From assembly GCF_006345805.1 (NCBI RefSeq), contig NC_043005.1, forward strand, positions 36,518,001 through 36,582,000: 64,000 bases of DNA. The letters run 5' to 3'. The notes beneath the pieces were generated by a model that worked only from the letters and a program-made list of their open reading frames with translations, made no database searches and was not told the origin of the DNA. The position numbers and the translations under genes were made by a program. Shown one piece after another: positions 52,681-64,000 of this stretch. Each line of letters starts with the position of its first letter. Position 1 is the first letter of the stretch. Source of the DNA: Octopus sinensis. Its lineage: Eukaryota.

Positions 52681-53167
52681 CGGTAGACAAATTATCTTCA
52701 ACCAGCAACCTGATGGTATTGTATACTGTGCGACGGCTACAATAATAATAATAATAATAATAATAACAATGATAACAATGATAATAATAATAACAATAAC
52801 AATAATAATAATGACAATAATAATAATCATGATAAGAATATATATTGTTGGTATTTGTATCATCTCTTGAAACCATCTTCGGTACTATCTTAGTGCAATT
52901 CATCGCATGGAAGAATCTCTGAGGAGGGGTTCCATAATAATTCATAATTAGGTGTAGACGAGTTCATGAGTGGCTTTGAAACTTTATAACCGATCGTCTG
53001 ATGTAACATGATGGCTGATGTATGTGGGGAGTTCTTTAAAAAGGAAGGTAAAAAACTAAAAAAGAGACCAGTAAATCACTGAGGGGAAAATTACTTTTTT
53101 TTAATTAGCGTTTATTTTTCATACACATTGCGTTACAAGTTCCAATATATTAGCGTTAAAGTTTACA

Positions 53168-53211
<44 letters not shown>

Positions 53212-53273
53212 ACTACTACTACTACTACTACTACAACTACTACTACTACTACTACCACCACCACCACCACCAC
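53168..53273. repeat. (ACT)n/(CAC)n array
   Basis: Direct reading. Confidence 0.95.
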
Positions 53274-53954
53274 CGTCAGCATCACAGCAACCGTTTTCTG
53301 CTCATGCGTCTGTGTATGAGAGAAAATCAAAAAAGGGATGAAGAGGGATAGAAATTAAGGATAGATTTGTGAGGTTTTCCTTTACATTTCTCTTCCTCTC
53401 ACTCGTCCCATCTCTCTCCCTCTCTTTCACTCTCGCTCTTTCTCTGTACACTATCCTCAATTCCATCTGTCATCTTTAGTTCCCCTTCACACTCCCCCCC
53501 GTGATAACATTTCATTTCCTTCACGCATATCTCCTTTTCCTTTCCTTCAGGATTCTCCTACCGTGTCTTTCGTTTTCTCTCTTTTTTCTTATGCATTTCT
53601 ACTCCGTCTCTCTCTTTCTCTATTACCTTCCATTCCGGTCCACTTCAACTACAGTTATACCTTACACAACTTATAATTACACTTTTATCATCGCCATATT
53701 TTTCATGCTCTTAATCTTTTCCTGTCTCTTCATCATTCAGCTCCCGATTGCTTTATAATTTTCCCCGTACTGTATCTATTATCATGGTTTCCAAACTCAA
53801 CTTTAAACATTTCACCCAACCACATTCCCAATTCTTCCTCGCCATTTTTGCTCTTTTACACTCTTCTCCTTCCGATCATGCGACTTCATATATTCAAACT
53901 GAACAGTAATCCCGTAAACCACACCCAGATGTCACTATCTTCCACTATCATGGT

Positions 53955-54260
53955 CAAGGTATGTGGCTTAGTGGTTAGAGCAATCAGCTCACAATTGTAG
54001 GGTTGTGAGTTCGATTCCCAGTGGCGCTTTGCGTCCTTGAGCAAGACAATTTATTTCACTCGACTAAAAATAAGTTGCACCCGTAAATCAAAGGGGCAGC
54101 CTTGTCACGTTCGGTTGCACACTGAATTTTCATGAGAACTGTGTTAAGTGTATGCGTGTCTGTGGAGTGCTCAACCACTTGCACGTTAATTTCCCTTGCA
54201 GCATGTTCCGTTGATCGGATTAATCGGGACCCTTGTCGTCGTAACCGGCGGAGTGTCAGT
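53955..54260 (+). mobile_element. tRNA-derived SINE family C
   Basis: GTGGCTTAGTGG A box, GAGTTCGATTCCC B box, body shared with 62262-62645. Confidence 0.85.
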
Positions 54261-54519
54261 CTAGTCTATCACTATCTTCCATCGATCTCACCATCCTAGG
54301 AGGTGTTACAAAGGTTACGGGCATTAATCGTCATCTTTTGCCTAACTTATATAAAAATGTGCAAGCTAGTTATTTGAGGGAAAAGTAACAACTAATTCTA
54401 GCAAGTAGAAGACCACATAGGGGTTGATTCACTCTACATCATTATTGTACAAGAATATTGTGGAGCAAACGAGCCTCGAAATTAGATAGAAGTACACTGT
54501 TGCCTTTTTATCCTTTATA

Positions 54520-54730
54520 TATATCTCAGTCATTAGACGGCGGCCATATTAGGGTACCGTTCTGAACCACTTTAAAAACTCCCCCAGTACTTGTTTCTCT
54601 TAAGGCTGGTACGTACTCTATCGGTCTCTTTTGCCGAACCACTAAGTTATGGGGACGTAAACAAACCAACACTGGTCGTCATGCGGCAAACCCAAATACA
54701 ACGACATACTCACCATTATATATGTGTGTG

Positions 54731-54767
<37 letters not shown>

Positions 54768-54925
54768 GCGACGGTATTGTTCAAACTTTCCTTCCACCAA
54801 ATTCGCACACACGGTATTGATCAGTCCGTAGTTATAGAAGATACCTGAACAAGATGTCGCGCAGTGGGGCCGAACCCGAAGCCGCGTAGTTGCAGAGCGA
54901 ACTCATTAATCACAGAACCATGTCT
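54520..54925 (-). mobile_element. SINE family B
   Basis: CTATCGGTCTCTTTTGCCGAACC.CTAAGTTA.GGGGACGTAAAC core. Confidence 0.85.
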
Positions 54926-56496
54926 GCTATTTCGTTATTATGAAGTAGTAATGTGACAACCAGCAGAGGAGCTAATCTTGAGATTTAATTACAGGCACGT
55001 AAATAACTAAAGAAGTAAAAACAGCGGGAGCTGTTTGTGAACACGGATACTGATAGGACATTCGCGAATGAAGCATTAATGCGTGATTTGCATACGTTAT
55101 TAAAAGTAATAGTTACGTTGGAGCCAGTCATGCAGTCTCTCTCTCTATCCTGCAAAACAAAAAAGACGCGAGCTTACTATATAAGACAACACGAAATCAT
55201 ATCATATAAGAGCGTTAGAAAAGATAATGTGACATAAAAGAGGGGTTTACAATTACTTGAATAGCGTTGTAAAATAAATCTCCGCAAACATTCGCTTGTA
55301 TTGTCTAACACGTTGCTGACTGACGCTCTTCCCTTAACGGAGCAAATTTTTCTTAACGCCAAATTGGAAACAACAATTTCGAGAAAACAGCCAATTATAC
55401 TAAGGAAAGAACTCCTATTCTTGACAAGAAATAACCATAAAGATTCCAGTACACAGTTTTAGATGACTCTGCGTGACGTACACAGAATAAATAGCATTTA
55501 TTTTTCTTAAGTCGTTTCAAGAGAGTAAAACATGATAGCATCGTGTTTCTAGCTCCACGGGAAGCCATATAAGAAACGTAATTCGGTCGCCATTTTAAAG
55601 TTGATGAATTATCACAAAGAATATTGAAGGACAGAAGAAGAAAATCACTATTTGGGATTTTCTTCAGCAATAAGAATTTTTTTAGCTTGTCAATGCATTA
55701 CATCTAATATCAATAATTCGTACGTTTTTGTTTCTTGCCAACGCTACCGAGATAGTTAATAAAATTCCACTTAATAAATAGAAAACTGCTGTATATATCA
55801 TAAAAATAAAACGAATGAGAGCGGGTACAAGAAGAAATGCAGCAATACATATGTGTTGTCGTTTATGATGTGTGTGTATGTGTGGGTAGTATGTATATGT
55901 GAGCGCATATGTGTATATACGTAATATCGCATATGTGCCTCATGGTCAGTGTTTATATATATATATATAAATGGTTGTGTATGTGTGTGTGTGTGTGTAT
56001 GTGTATGCGTGCGCGTAATGGGTGTTATTTGAAATAGTTATTTGGCTGTCTCCACTTCTTTGCGTTCGTACAGCCCATATGTAGTAGCTGAAAGGGATCC
56101 TTTCTTTAAGTTTCTATATATTCAAATACCTGTCAATGGGGGGTAAAATTCATTTTATGAAGGAGATTTTAGAGCACCAATTCAGATTTAATTCTCACTT
56201 GATTTTCATTGCTTAATAAATATGTAATTTACTATACATTAACATATTAGCTACCAAGCCACACACTAACAATTGTATACGTAAAGATGATATTTCAACA
56301 AATATCACGTATGGTTTCTAAATTGCTTTCATCGTTTCTACATTGATCCCACAACAGATACTTTAGACCTATTAGAAATATCAGAGAAATCTCACTTAAG
56401 CCACGTAGCAAGTATGTGTAAGCCTCAGGAGGGAATTTTACAAAGTAAATAGGGCTAATGAAGTTGATAGCGGAATATCCCTCGAATCACACATTA

Positions 56497-56556
<60 letters not shown>

Positions 56557-56585
56557 AAATTTAAATTTAAATTCAAAATGATATA

Positions 56586-56668
<83 letters not shown>

Positions 56669-56679
56669 ATACTTTCTTC

Positions 56680-57050
56680 TGACTCGTTACATTCTGAGTT
56701 CAAATCCCACCGAGGTATCTTTGCTTTTCATGCTTTCGAAATGGATCAAACGAATACCACTTGAGCAGTGAGGTCGATGTAATCAACTAGATTCCCCCTG
56801 CTCCCCACAAATTTGAAACTTCGTGTCTATAGTGGAAGCGATTACTATTATTATTATTGTATTCTATACGGGGCAAAATGCTTAGCAGCATTTCGTCCGT
56901 CTTTACGTTCTGGGTTCAAATTCCGCCGAGGTCGACTTTGCCTTTCATCCTTTCGAGATTGATAATTAAGTACCAGTCACACACAGGGGTTGATATGATC
57001 GATTAGACCATTTCCCCAAAATTTCAGGCTCTGTGCTTTTATTAAAATGG
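56680..57050 (+). mobile_element. Two adjacent 5'-truncated SINE family A copies (tail B)
   Basis: Cores at about 56690-56830 and 56872-57050. Confidence 0.8.
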
Positions 57051-57688
57051 ATTATCGTTGTATTCTACTAAATATCCGTTGATACATATGTGTGTGTTTG
57101 CGTGTGTGTGTGGGTATGTGAATATGTGTGCATGTGTTTGTGTGTGTGTGTGTGTATTTTGTGTGTAAATATGTGCAGAAGCACACGCAGATGGAGTGAT
57201 TGATTCGATAAAAGAAACACAACAATGAATAAGTGACAAAATCAGTCCAGAAATAGAAAAACTGAAAAAAAATACTTGCTTAGGGGAGGAAAGATAATTT
57301 CGTTGAGATGGTCGTGTGTGTATGTTGACTTTTGAAAATTCCTTAAATGCTCCATTTAAAAAAAATATATATATTGTAAAGAAAATGATGAGTTAGAATT
57401 TTTAAAATGAAAGAGATGAACACGAATATAAAATATATAAAAAACGGAGACACAAGAAAAGGAAGAAGACAAGTATTATAACAACAAAACAAACAAGGCA
57501 AAGTTATTTCCTAAAATATTTCGATTTTGTTCGAAAGTCTAAACATCTTTAGAAGATCAATTGAAGAACTGTTTATTATGTGGCTATATTTCTTCATACA
57601 TATACACACGTATCGTCACTCTCTTCTCTCTCTCTCTCTCTACATCTCTTCTACCAGTCTGTCCGTCTGCCTGTCTGTCTGTCCTCTG

Positions 57689-57768
<80 letters not shown>

Positions 57769-57996
57769 CCTACTTATCTTTTTTTTATTTTACTTCTCGT
57801 TTGCTATATGCGTCTGTGTGTATGTGTATATTGCTTGTATGTGTATGTGTGCTTTGCGCGTGTGTGTGTATGTATGTGTGTATTGCATGTGTGTGTACAA
57901 GCATATATAAATATTCATCCCTAGGGGGGAACCAACATATGTATGTTAAAAATGTACATTTATACAAACACACACAGACGAAAACACCACACACTC

Positions 57997-58076
<80 letters not shown>

Positions 58077-58829
58077 TCCAAACATATATAATATATCCAT
58101 ACATATATACATATATATGTTTATATGCATATATATGTATCTATGTGTGTGTGTATATATATATGTATATACATACACACACACACATATATATATATAT
58201 AATAGATATGTGTGTCGATACAAACACATATCTACATAAATACATACATATACATTTACATACATATATTCATGCTTAATTTCATATGTAGACGTATAAA
58301 TACATTTATGTATTTACATACATATACATTTGTGTATGCTTCTGATTAGTGAAGAAGCAAAGACGGAATGTAGGAGAATAAATAGAAATATAAAAAAAAA
58401 AATGAAGGTGAATAAAAAGTGTGTAACGTAAACACATTTGTACGTAATTGGACATTGAAACTATAAATGAAGTATGTCTAGGTTAAAGTAATGGTAAGAC
58501 TAAATATAAAAAGAACATCAACTCTGAAAGATTAATGTAGAACACGCAAATATATTTAGCGTCACTGAAATATATATATATATATATGCGTGTGTGAAGA
58601 TATAAAATTGTGTATATGTAGGTGATACATAGTATGGTTGCATCAACATTAGTGTAGGCGTGAGAAAGCAACCTCCATATTAAATGCAGTGTAATATTAT
58701 TTATTGGAAATGAAATCTTTGTAAGTTGTTATTCTGTCTCTATTGTTATCGACCTTTTGAAAGCCAGCGAAACGATGCTCTGATTAACAACTTGTGAAAT
58801 TTCTACTTCCAACAAATCAAGTGACATGA

Positions 58830-58904
<75 letters not shown>

Positions 58905-59978
58905 CTTGATATTAGTGAACGAGCCAAAACCCCGCACAGAGTAAGAACGCTCAAGTAGGGTTAGTAGTGAGTGCTCAGTAAATGCTCAATGCAACACAGA
59001 TGCGGTAGTCTATGAAGCGGAGATGGCATCTGATATCAACTAGAACCACAAAGACAGAGGTTTACACAGATATATGTTGGGAGCAGCCGACTGACCATTT
59101 ATGGCCAAGCTAAATATTCATGGGTCTTCTGTTAAGATTCAAGAGGGGCGCAATATTACCACATTAGCACGCTCTATATGACGATCAAAAGAGGAAGGAA
59201 TGTTGTAAAAAGTCAACTGGAAGCTGCTAGAACGGCTCGTACCATAACGGCTTGTACCATGTAGAAGTTTCAACTTTTGCTTGGTCGTGAGAAGATGCAT
59301 TCTAAAACTTTCACAAGATCCGGGTTATCTTCCTGAATAAAAAAGCGAAATATTTCAATGCTGCTCTGTAGACAAAATATTAATTTCGGCAACGTGGTCA
59401 TCCCCCTTATCGGACTAGAAAACGGAAAACATGAATACACACACAGTTGACCCTCTTCGGTTACAGCTGACATAGTCCTATGGGTGGCAAATCTTTCCCC
59501 GCCCCGGAAAATGTAAGAACTTTCCATCTATTTTTCGCCCCGCTTATTAGGGTCACCGAGAGAATTGGGACTGCAAATTTAACTTCAGCATAAAAGAGGT
59601 TATGGGCTTCCTGTCAGTTTGTTTGAAGGGTCGTCGATATTTTCAAGTGCAATTGTCAGCGTGAAATTGTCAGTAACATTCTGATGAGACATACGTCTTA
59701 ACCTCTGGAACATGCTGCTCGACAATATAGAAAAGTGTCTGTGAACACACACAAGCATACTCACACGCACAGATGACTTTTAATGTCAAGTTATACTGTA
59801 AAGAAAATGTAGCATTAAATTAAAAGTATATTCAATACATTTTAGTAAAGTAGGTATTTAAAAACAACAAAAGAAGTTATCAAAAACTATACAATCGAAG
59901 AACCTCAGTAAAGCCGAGGCTGATGCAGGCGAGCAAGCCAAAACTTCAAAATCATCGACAACCTTTTCCTGGAAAAGT

Positions 59979-60050
<72 letters not shown>

Positions 60051-61357
60051 CTATATACTTTTTCTTAAGGTAGATTTGGCATTAATAATAAAAGTGAGAG
60101 GGATGGCAGGGAACAAGGAAAAGTAAGGAATCACATGTTGTGGTCGCGTCTTTTGTGTAGAAAAGGATTTTAATATATACTGTTTTGAGTTTTGCGGCTA
60201 AATGGGATTTCTTTGTATTATAGGAATATACTACAACCAACCCACCCCTTTTTATCTGCAAAAGTCAAATATATATGCATGAATACATATTTCCAAGTCC
60301 ACACACGTACACCTGTATTTTAATTTCTAACTTATCTGCTATGTTGTATTTTCTCACATTATTTTTGACGGTGGAAAGACGGGGTTTTGTTTCAGGATAC
60401 CCATTAAGGTGAAGCCATCCTTAACGTAATTTGAATTCAAAACAAATGAATGTAAGAAAATTCCGCAAGATGTTTTAACCGAATATAGTGGCTTCATTTC
60501 ACAATGGCTTACACAAAATGTGAAAGAAAGAAACACACACACACACACAAACAAACAAACAAACAAACGCACACACACACTCACACATACACTCACACAC
60601 ACACACACACTCTCTTTCTCACATTTACATACATACAGGAGGAGAATAAATAACACAAAGGATAAGTAAGAAATTATACAAGTTACAGGTAATTTTGCGT
60701 TCTGAGAAATCAAAATATCTTAACGATTCTGACAAATGCCTCCACCATAATAATTAGTCGGAAGCAAAACTAAAGACCTCATTAGAAGCAGAGAAGGGAA
60801 AGAGAGAGAAGGAGGGGGCGAGAGAGAGAGTGTGGGTATGCGTATCATAAAACGTTGCACATAGAAATACATGTTAAAACTAATTACTTATGGAACATAC
60901 ATCCCCACACCGCGCATACATGCACACCAGCAAATATACTCAGAATCCTATGCGTACATAAAAATCTGGCTTCATTCATTAAGTATTAGTAGACAAGTAC
61001 TGTTAGTGAATGGTATATTTTAATTATCAAATTATTGCATAAAGATAATTGTTCGTTAAATAGTTTACATTTTTATACACTGTGTCTGGTTTATGACTGT
61101 AACATCTGATAATTATCTGGTAAAGCAAGTACTTTAATATGAGTCTATATGTATACATATATATATATATATATGTATATATCCCTCATACATGATGTAT
61201 GCATAGTGTTTAACTTTTTTGTGTACTTATATGACACAGAGATAATTGTTATTCACCGTGCATATGTTTATGGCATTTTGTAGATTTTATTCTGATAGAG
61301 TATTTATTGACGAGAAACAAAAATCAGGTAGCTATCACCTTAATTAAATATGCCGTA

Positions 61358-61449
<92 letters not shown>

Positions 61450-61537
61450 GTCTATCTGTGTGTGTGTGTGGTGTGTATATATGCAAATGGAATTCTATCC
61501 AGTTTTTTCCCAGAATATAGGTATTGTATCTAGCTAG

Positions 61538-61605
<68 letters not shown>

Positions 61606-61898
61606 CATACGTATGTGTGTATGTGTGCGTGCGTGTGCGTGTATGTGTGTGTTTGCTCGTGTATTAGTATGCATATAGTAATAAATATAATGTTTTGAAA
61701 GAAAGATATAGATAATTATAAAATGTTTATGTATACTGTATATACATTTTCTAACAGAACTATAGTTAATATGTTTAAATTGACGTATTAAAATATACTA
61801 TAAAATTCAATATATGTGTTTCTACGGTTATATAAAAGGCAGACATGTAGTTATATGTATGTGTGTGTGCGCGTATGTACGTGTGTGTGTGTATGTGT

Positions 61899-61955
<57 letters not shown>

Positions 61956-62261
61956 CGTGTGTGTGTTTGTGCACATAAAGTTCTACATATCCAACTACAG
62001 TCAGCTAATTAACAGTTTAGGTGTACAAATCAAATAGTCATACAAATGAAAATAATACGTTGACAGAGTATTATGTCTACTAACCTATATTTTAATTGTG
62101 ATGAGTTTGCTGTACATTGAATTGTTGATATATTTTAAAATTTGTAGTAAGCCATAGAATGTATACGTAGGCATATACATGAAAGTAATTGCCCCTGGCC
62201 ATCATATATACATATATGTATCTATGTATTTGCGTGTATATATATATATATGTATATATGG

Positions 62262-62645
62262 ATGGAAGCACTCCGTCAGTTACGACGACGAGGGTTCCGG
62301 TTGATCCGATCAACGGAACAGCCTGCTCGTGAAATTAACGTGTAAGTAGCTGAGCATTCCACAGACACGTGTACCCTTAACGTAGTTCTCGGGGATATTC
62401 AGCGTGACACAGAGAGTGACAAGGCCGGCCCCTTTGAAATACAGGTACAACAGAAACAGGAAGTAAGAGTGAGAGAAAGTTGTGATGAAAGAGTACAGCA
62501 GGGATCACCACCATCCCTGCCGGTGCCTCATGGAGCTTTAGGTGTTTTCGCTCAATAAACACTCACAACGCCCGGTCTGGGAATCGAAACCGCGATCCTA
62601 CGACCGCGAATCCGCTGCCCTAACAACTGGGCCATTGCGCCTCCA
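62262..62645 (-). mobile_element. SINE family C
   Basis: GGGAATCGAAACC B box and CCTAACAACTGGGCCA A box on plus (head on minus). Confidence 0.88.
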
Positions 62646-63189
62646 CTATATGTCTATATATATGTGTATATATATATATATATATGTCTATATATATGTA
62701 TATATAATTTACAAGATAAGGGCAGAAGAAAAATTCTAATGCCAAATATGCCGAAACTAAAAAATTGTCGATAACCATTATAATTTATGCGTCTCGAAAT
62801 AAACCGATAGAAATCTCTAAAAAATTCGTTATTACCGTATTGGTAATTATAAACACATACGTTATTACCGTATGCTGGCCATTGATAAGAAAAAAAATTT
62901 TTCAAGAAAAAATTTTTATCCTATATTAATTATATGTATATATATATGTATGTTATGTATGTACAGGCACACTAGAGCTTCCAAGTAGATTATCATAGAC
63001 CAATTTGCTTCCTGTATAGTGATTACGTAACTACAATGCATAATAGTATTGCTAGGTATGAAATTCAGAGAAAATTTAGGAACTAATAATATGTGTTTGT
63101 GTTTACTTTAATTCCTATGAAATGCACGCTCACAGAAATTTCTAAATGCTATTGTCATTGATATCAAAAGACTTAGAAGAACATAGTTA

Positions 63190-63800
63190 CACAGCTATCA
63201 CTAAGAACTAAAGGGCTTCAAATACTGACAAACAAAATCAAGTTGTCGACGGGAATATTTCAAGTAACTATTTATCTGTATTATTGTTCATCCTGGCAGT
63301 GTATGGCATCTCAGGACTATCGGGAAAATTCCACGTATATATGTCTGGACCTGCAGAGGGGAGAGAAAGAAATTATATTTCACAAATGTTGTGTTAATAT
63401 CCTTGAGTATAATTTTCGATAGCGATTAACTGTTTCATAGATGAAATATGTTTGGTTAGTATAACTGTTGGTGTCAGATATTCTTTCTGTAAAGGTCTTC
63501 TAGCCAGACGAGGAGTATGAGTAGCAGTGGTCTGTCTAATTACTCTGTTTGCAATGAAGATTGAATCAAGTATTCGATTTGATTAGGGAAGCTTTAACTG
63601 ATTAAAATTAAAGCGACAAAGGAATGTTTCGGTAGACATGGAACGATGTGGAAAACGAGGCTATTCGTATTCAATAAAGCTATATTCCAAAATGTTTTGA
63701 AGGAACATAGAGGAAACATAAAGAGATCTGTGACTTGAATATTAAGACTTGGGAGATATTATAGCACCACTAGTAACTTCTGCATTAGGAGAGTTCCATC
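63190..63800 (+). mobile_element. Highly decayed R4/Dong-like LINE remnant
   Basis: QLSLRTKGLQILTNKIKLSTGIFQ, then frameshifted YLSVLLFILAV; later RDL*LEY*DLGDIIAPLVTSALG resembles the RLE region. Confidence 0.4.
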
Positions 63801-64000
63801 AAGCAATTTGGATGAGTGGAAAGTGAGTTGATGTGCGTACTCAATTGTGAAACTAATACCCTCAGTGTAAGTAAAGTATTCCTGAATAATTACTTTGTGT
63901 GGACAGCTTTCTTGTCCACATCCACACAGGAAGGTTGAACTGATCTACTTGGACAGAAACCTGCAGGGAAAAAATCTTTCATGAAATACGCAGGTATATA

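Noticed and set aside
59675-59720. CTGATGA-GAC-ATAC-GTC as a hammerhead
   Set aside because: TTAA replaces GAAA, and there is no NUH site or stem I
48255-62645. tRNA genes at the A/B-box motifs
   Set aside because: Heads continue into SINE bodies and lack a complete cloverleaf
62700-62935. Fourth Penelope-type terminus between TA tracts
   Set aside because: Context is similar but no hammerhead core or inverted arm is recognisable

Overview
AT-rich eukaryotic DNA saturated with microsatellites and transposon remnants. The SINE families and repeat style suggest an octopus (cephalopod) genome; this is an inference from memory, not a database result. No intact protein-coding gene is visible, and almost all supplied ORFs are translations of simple repeats. 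Supported content: about 25 tRNA-derived SINE copies or arrays, decayed LINEs (RTE-type and R4/Dong-like), a Penelope-like GIY-YIG remnant, Tc1/mariner and piggyBac remnants, and Helitrons. The most interesting signals are: (1) two long inverted repeats (18.2-18.5 kb and 20.2-20.9 kb) carrying minimal type I hammerhead ribozyme motifs that read outward from the spacer, plus a half-motif at 45.7 kb, all from unrelated sequence families and beside AT-rich microsatellite DNA; (2) a composite 1.5 kb Helitron carrying a piggyBac fragment and splitting a LINE codon at an A|T site; (3) head-to-tail SINE multimers with a fixed tail order; and (4) a candidate promoter and first exon on the minus strand at 43.7 kb. 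All calls come from manual reading. Coordinates of degenerate elements are approximate.
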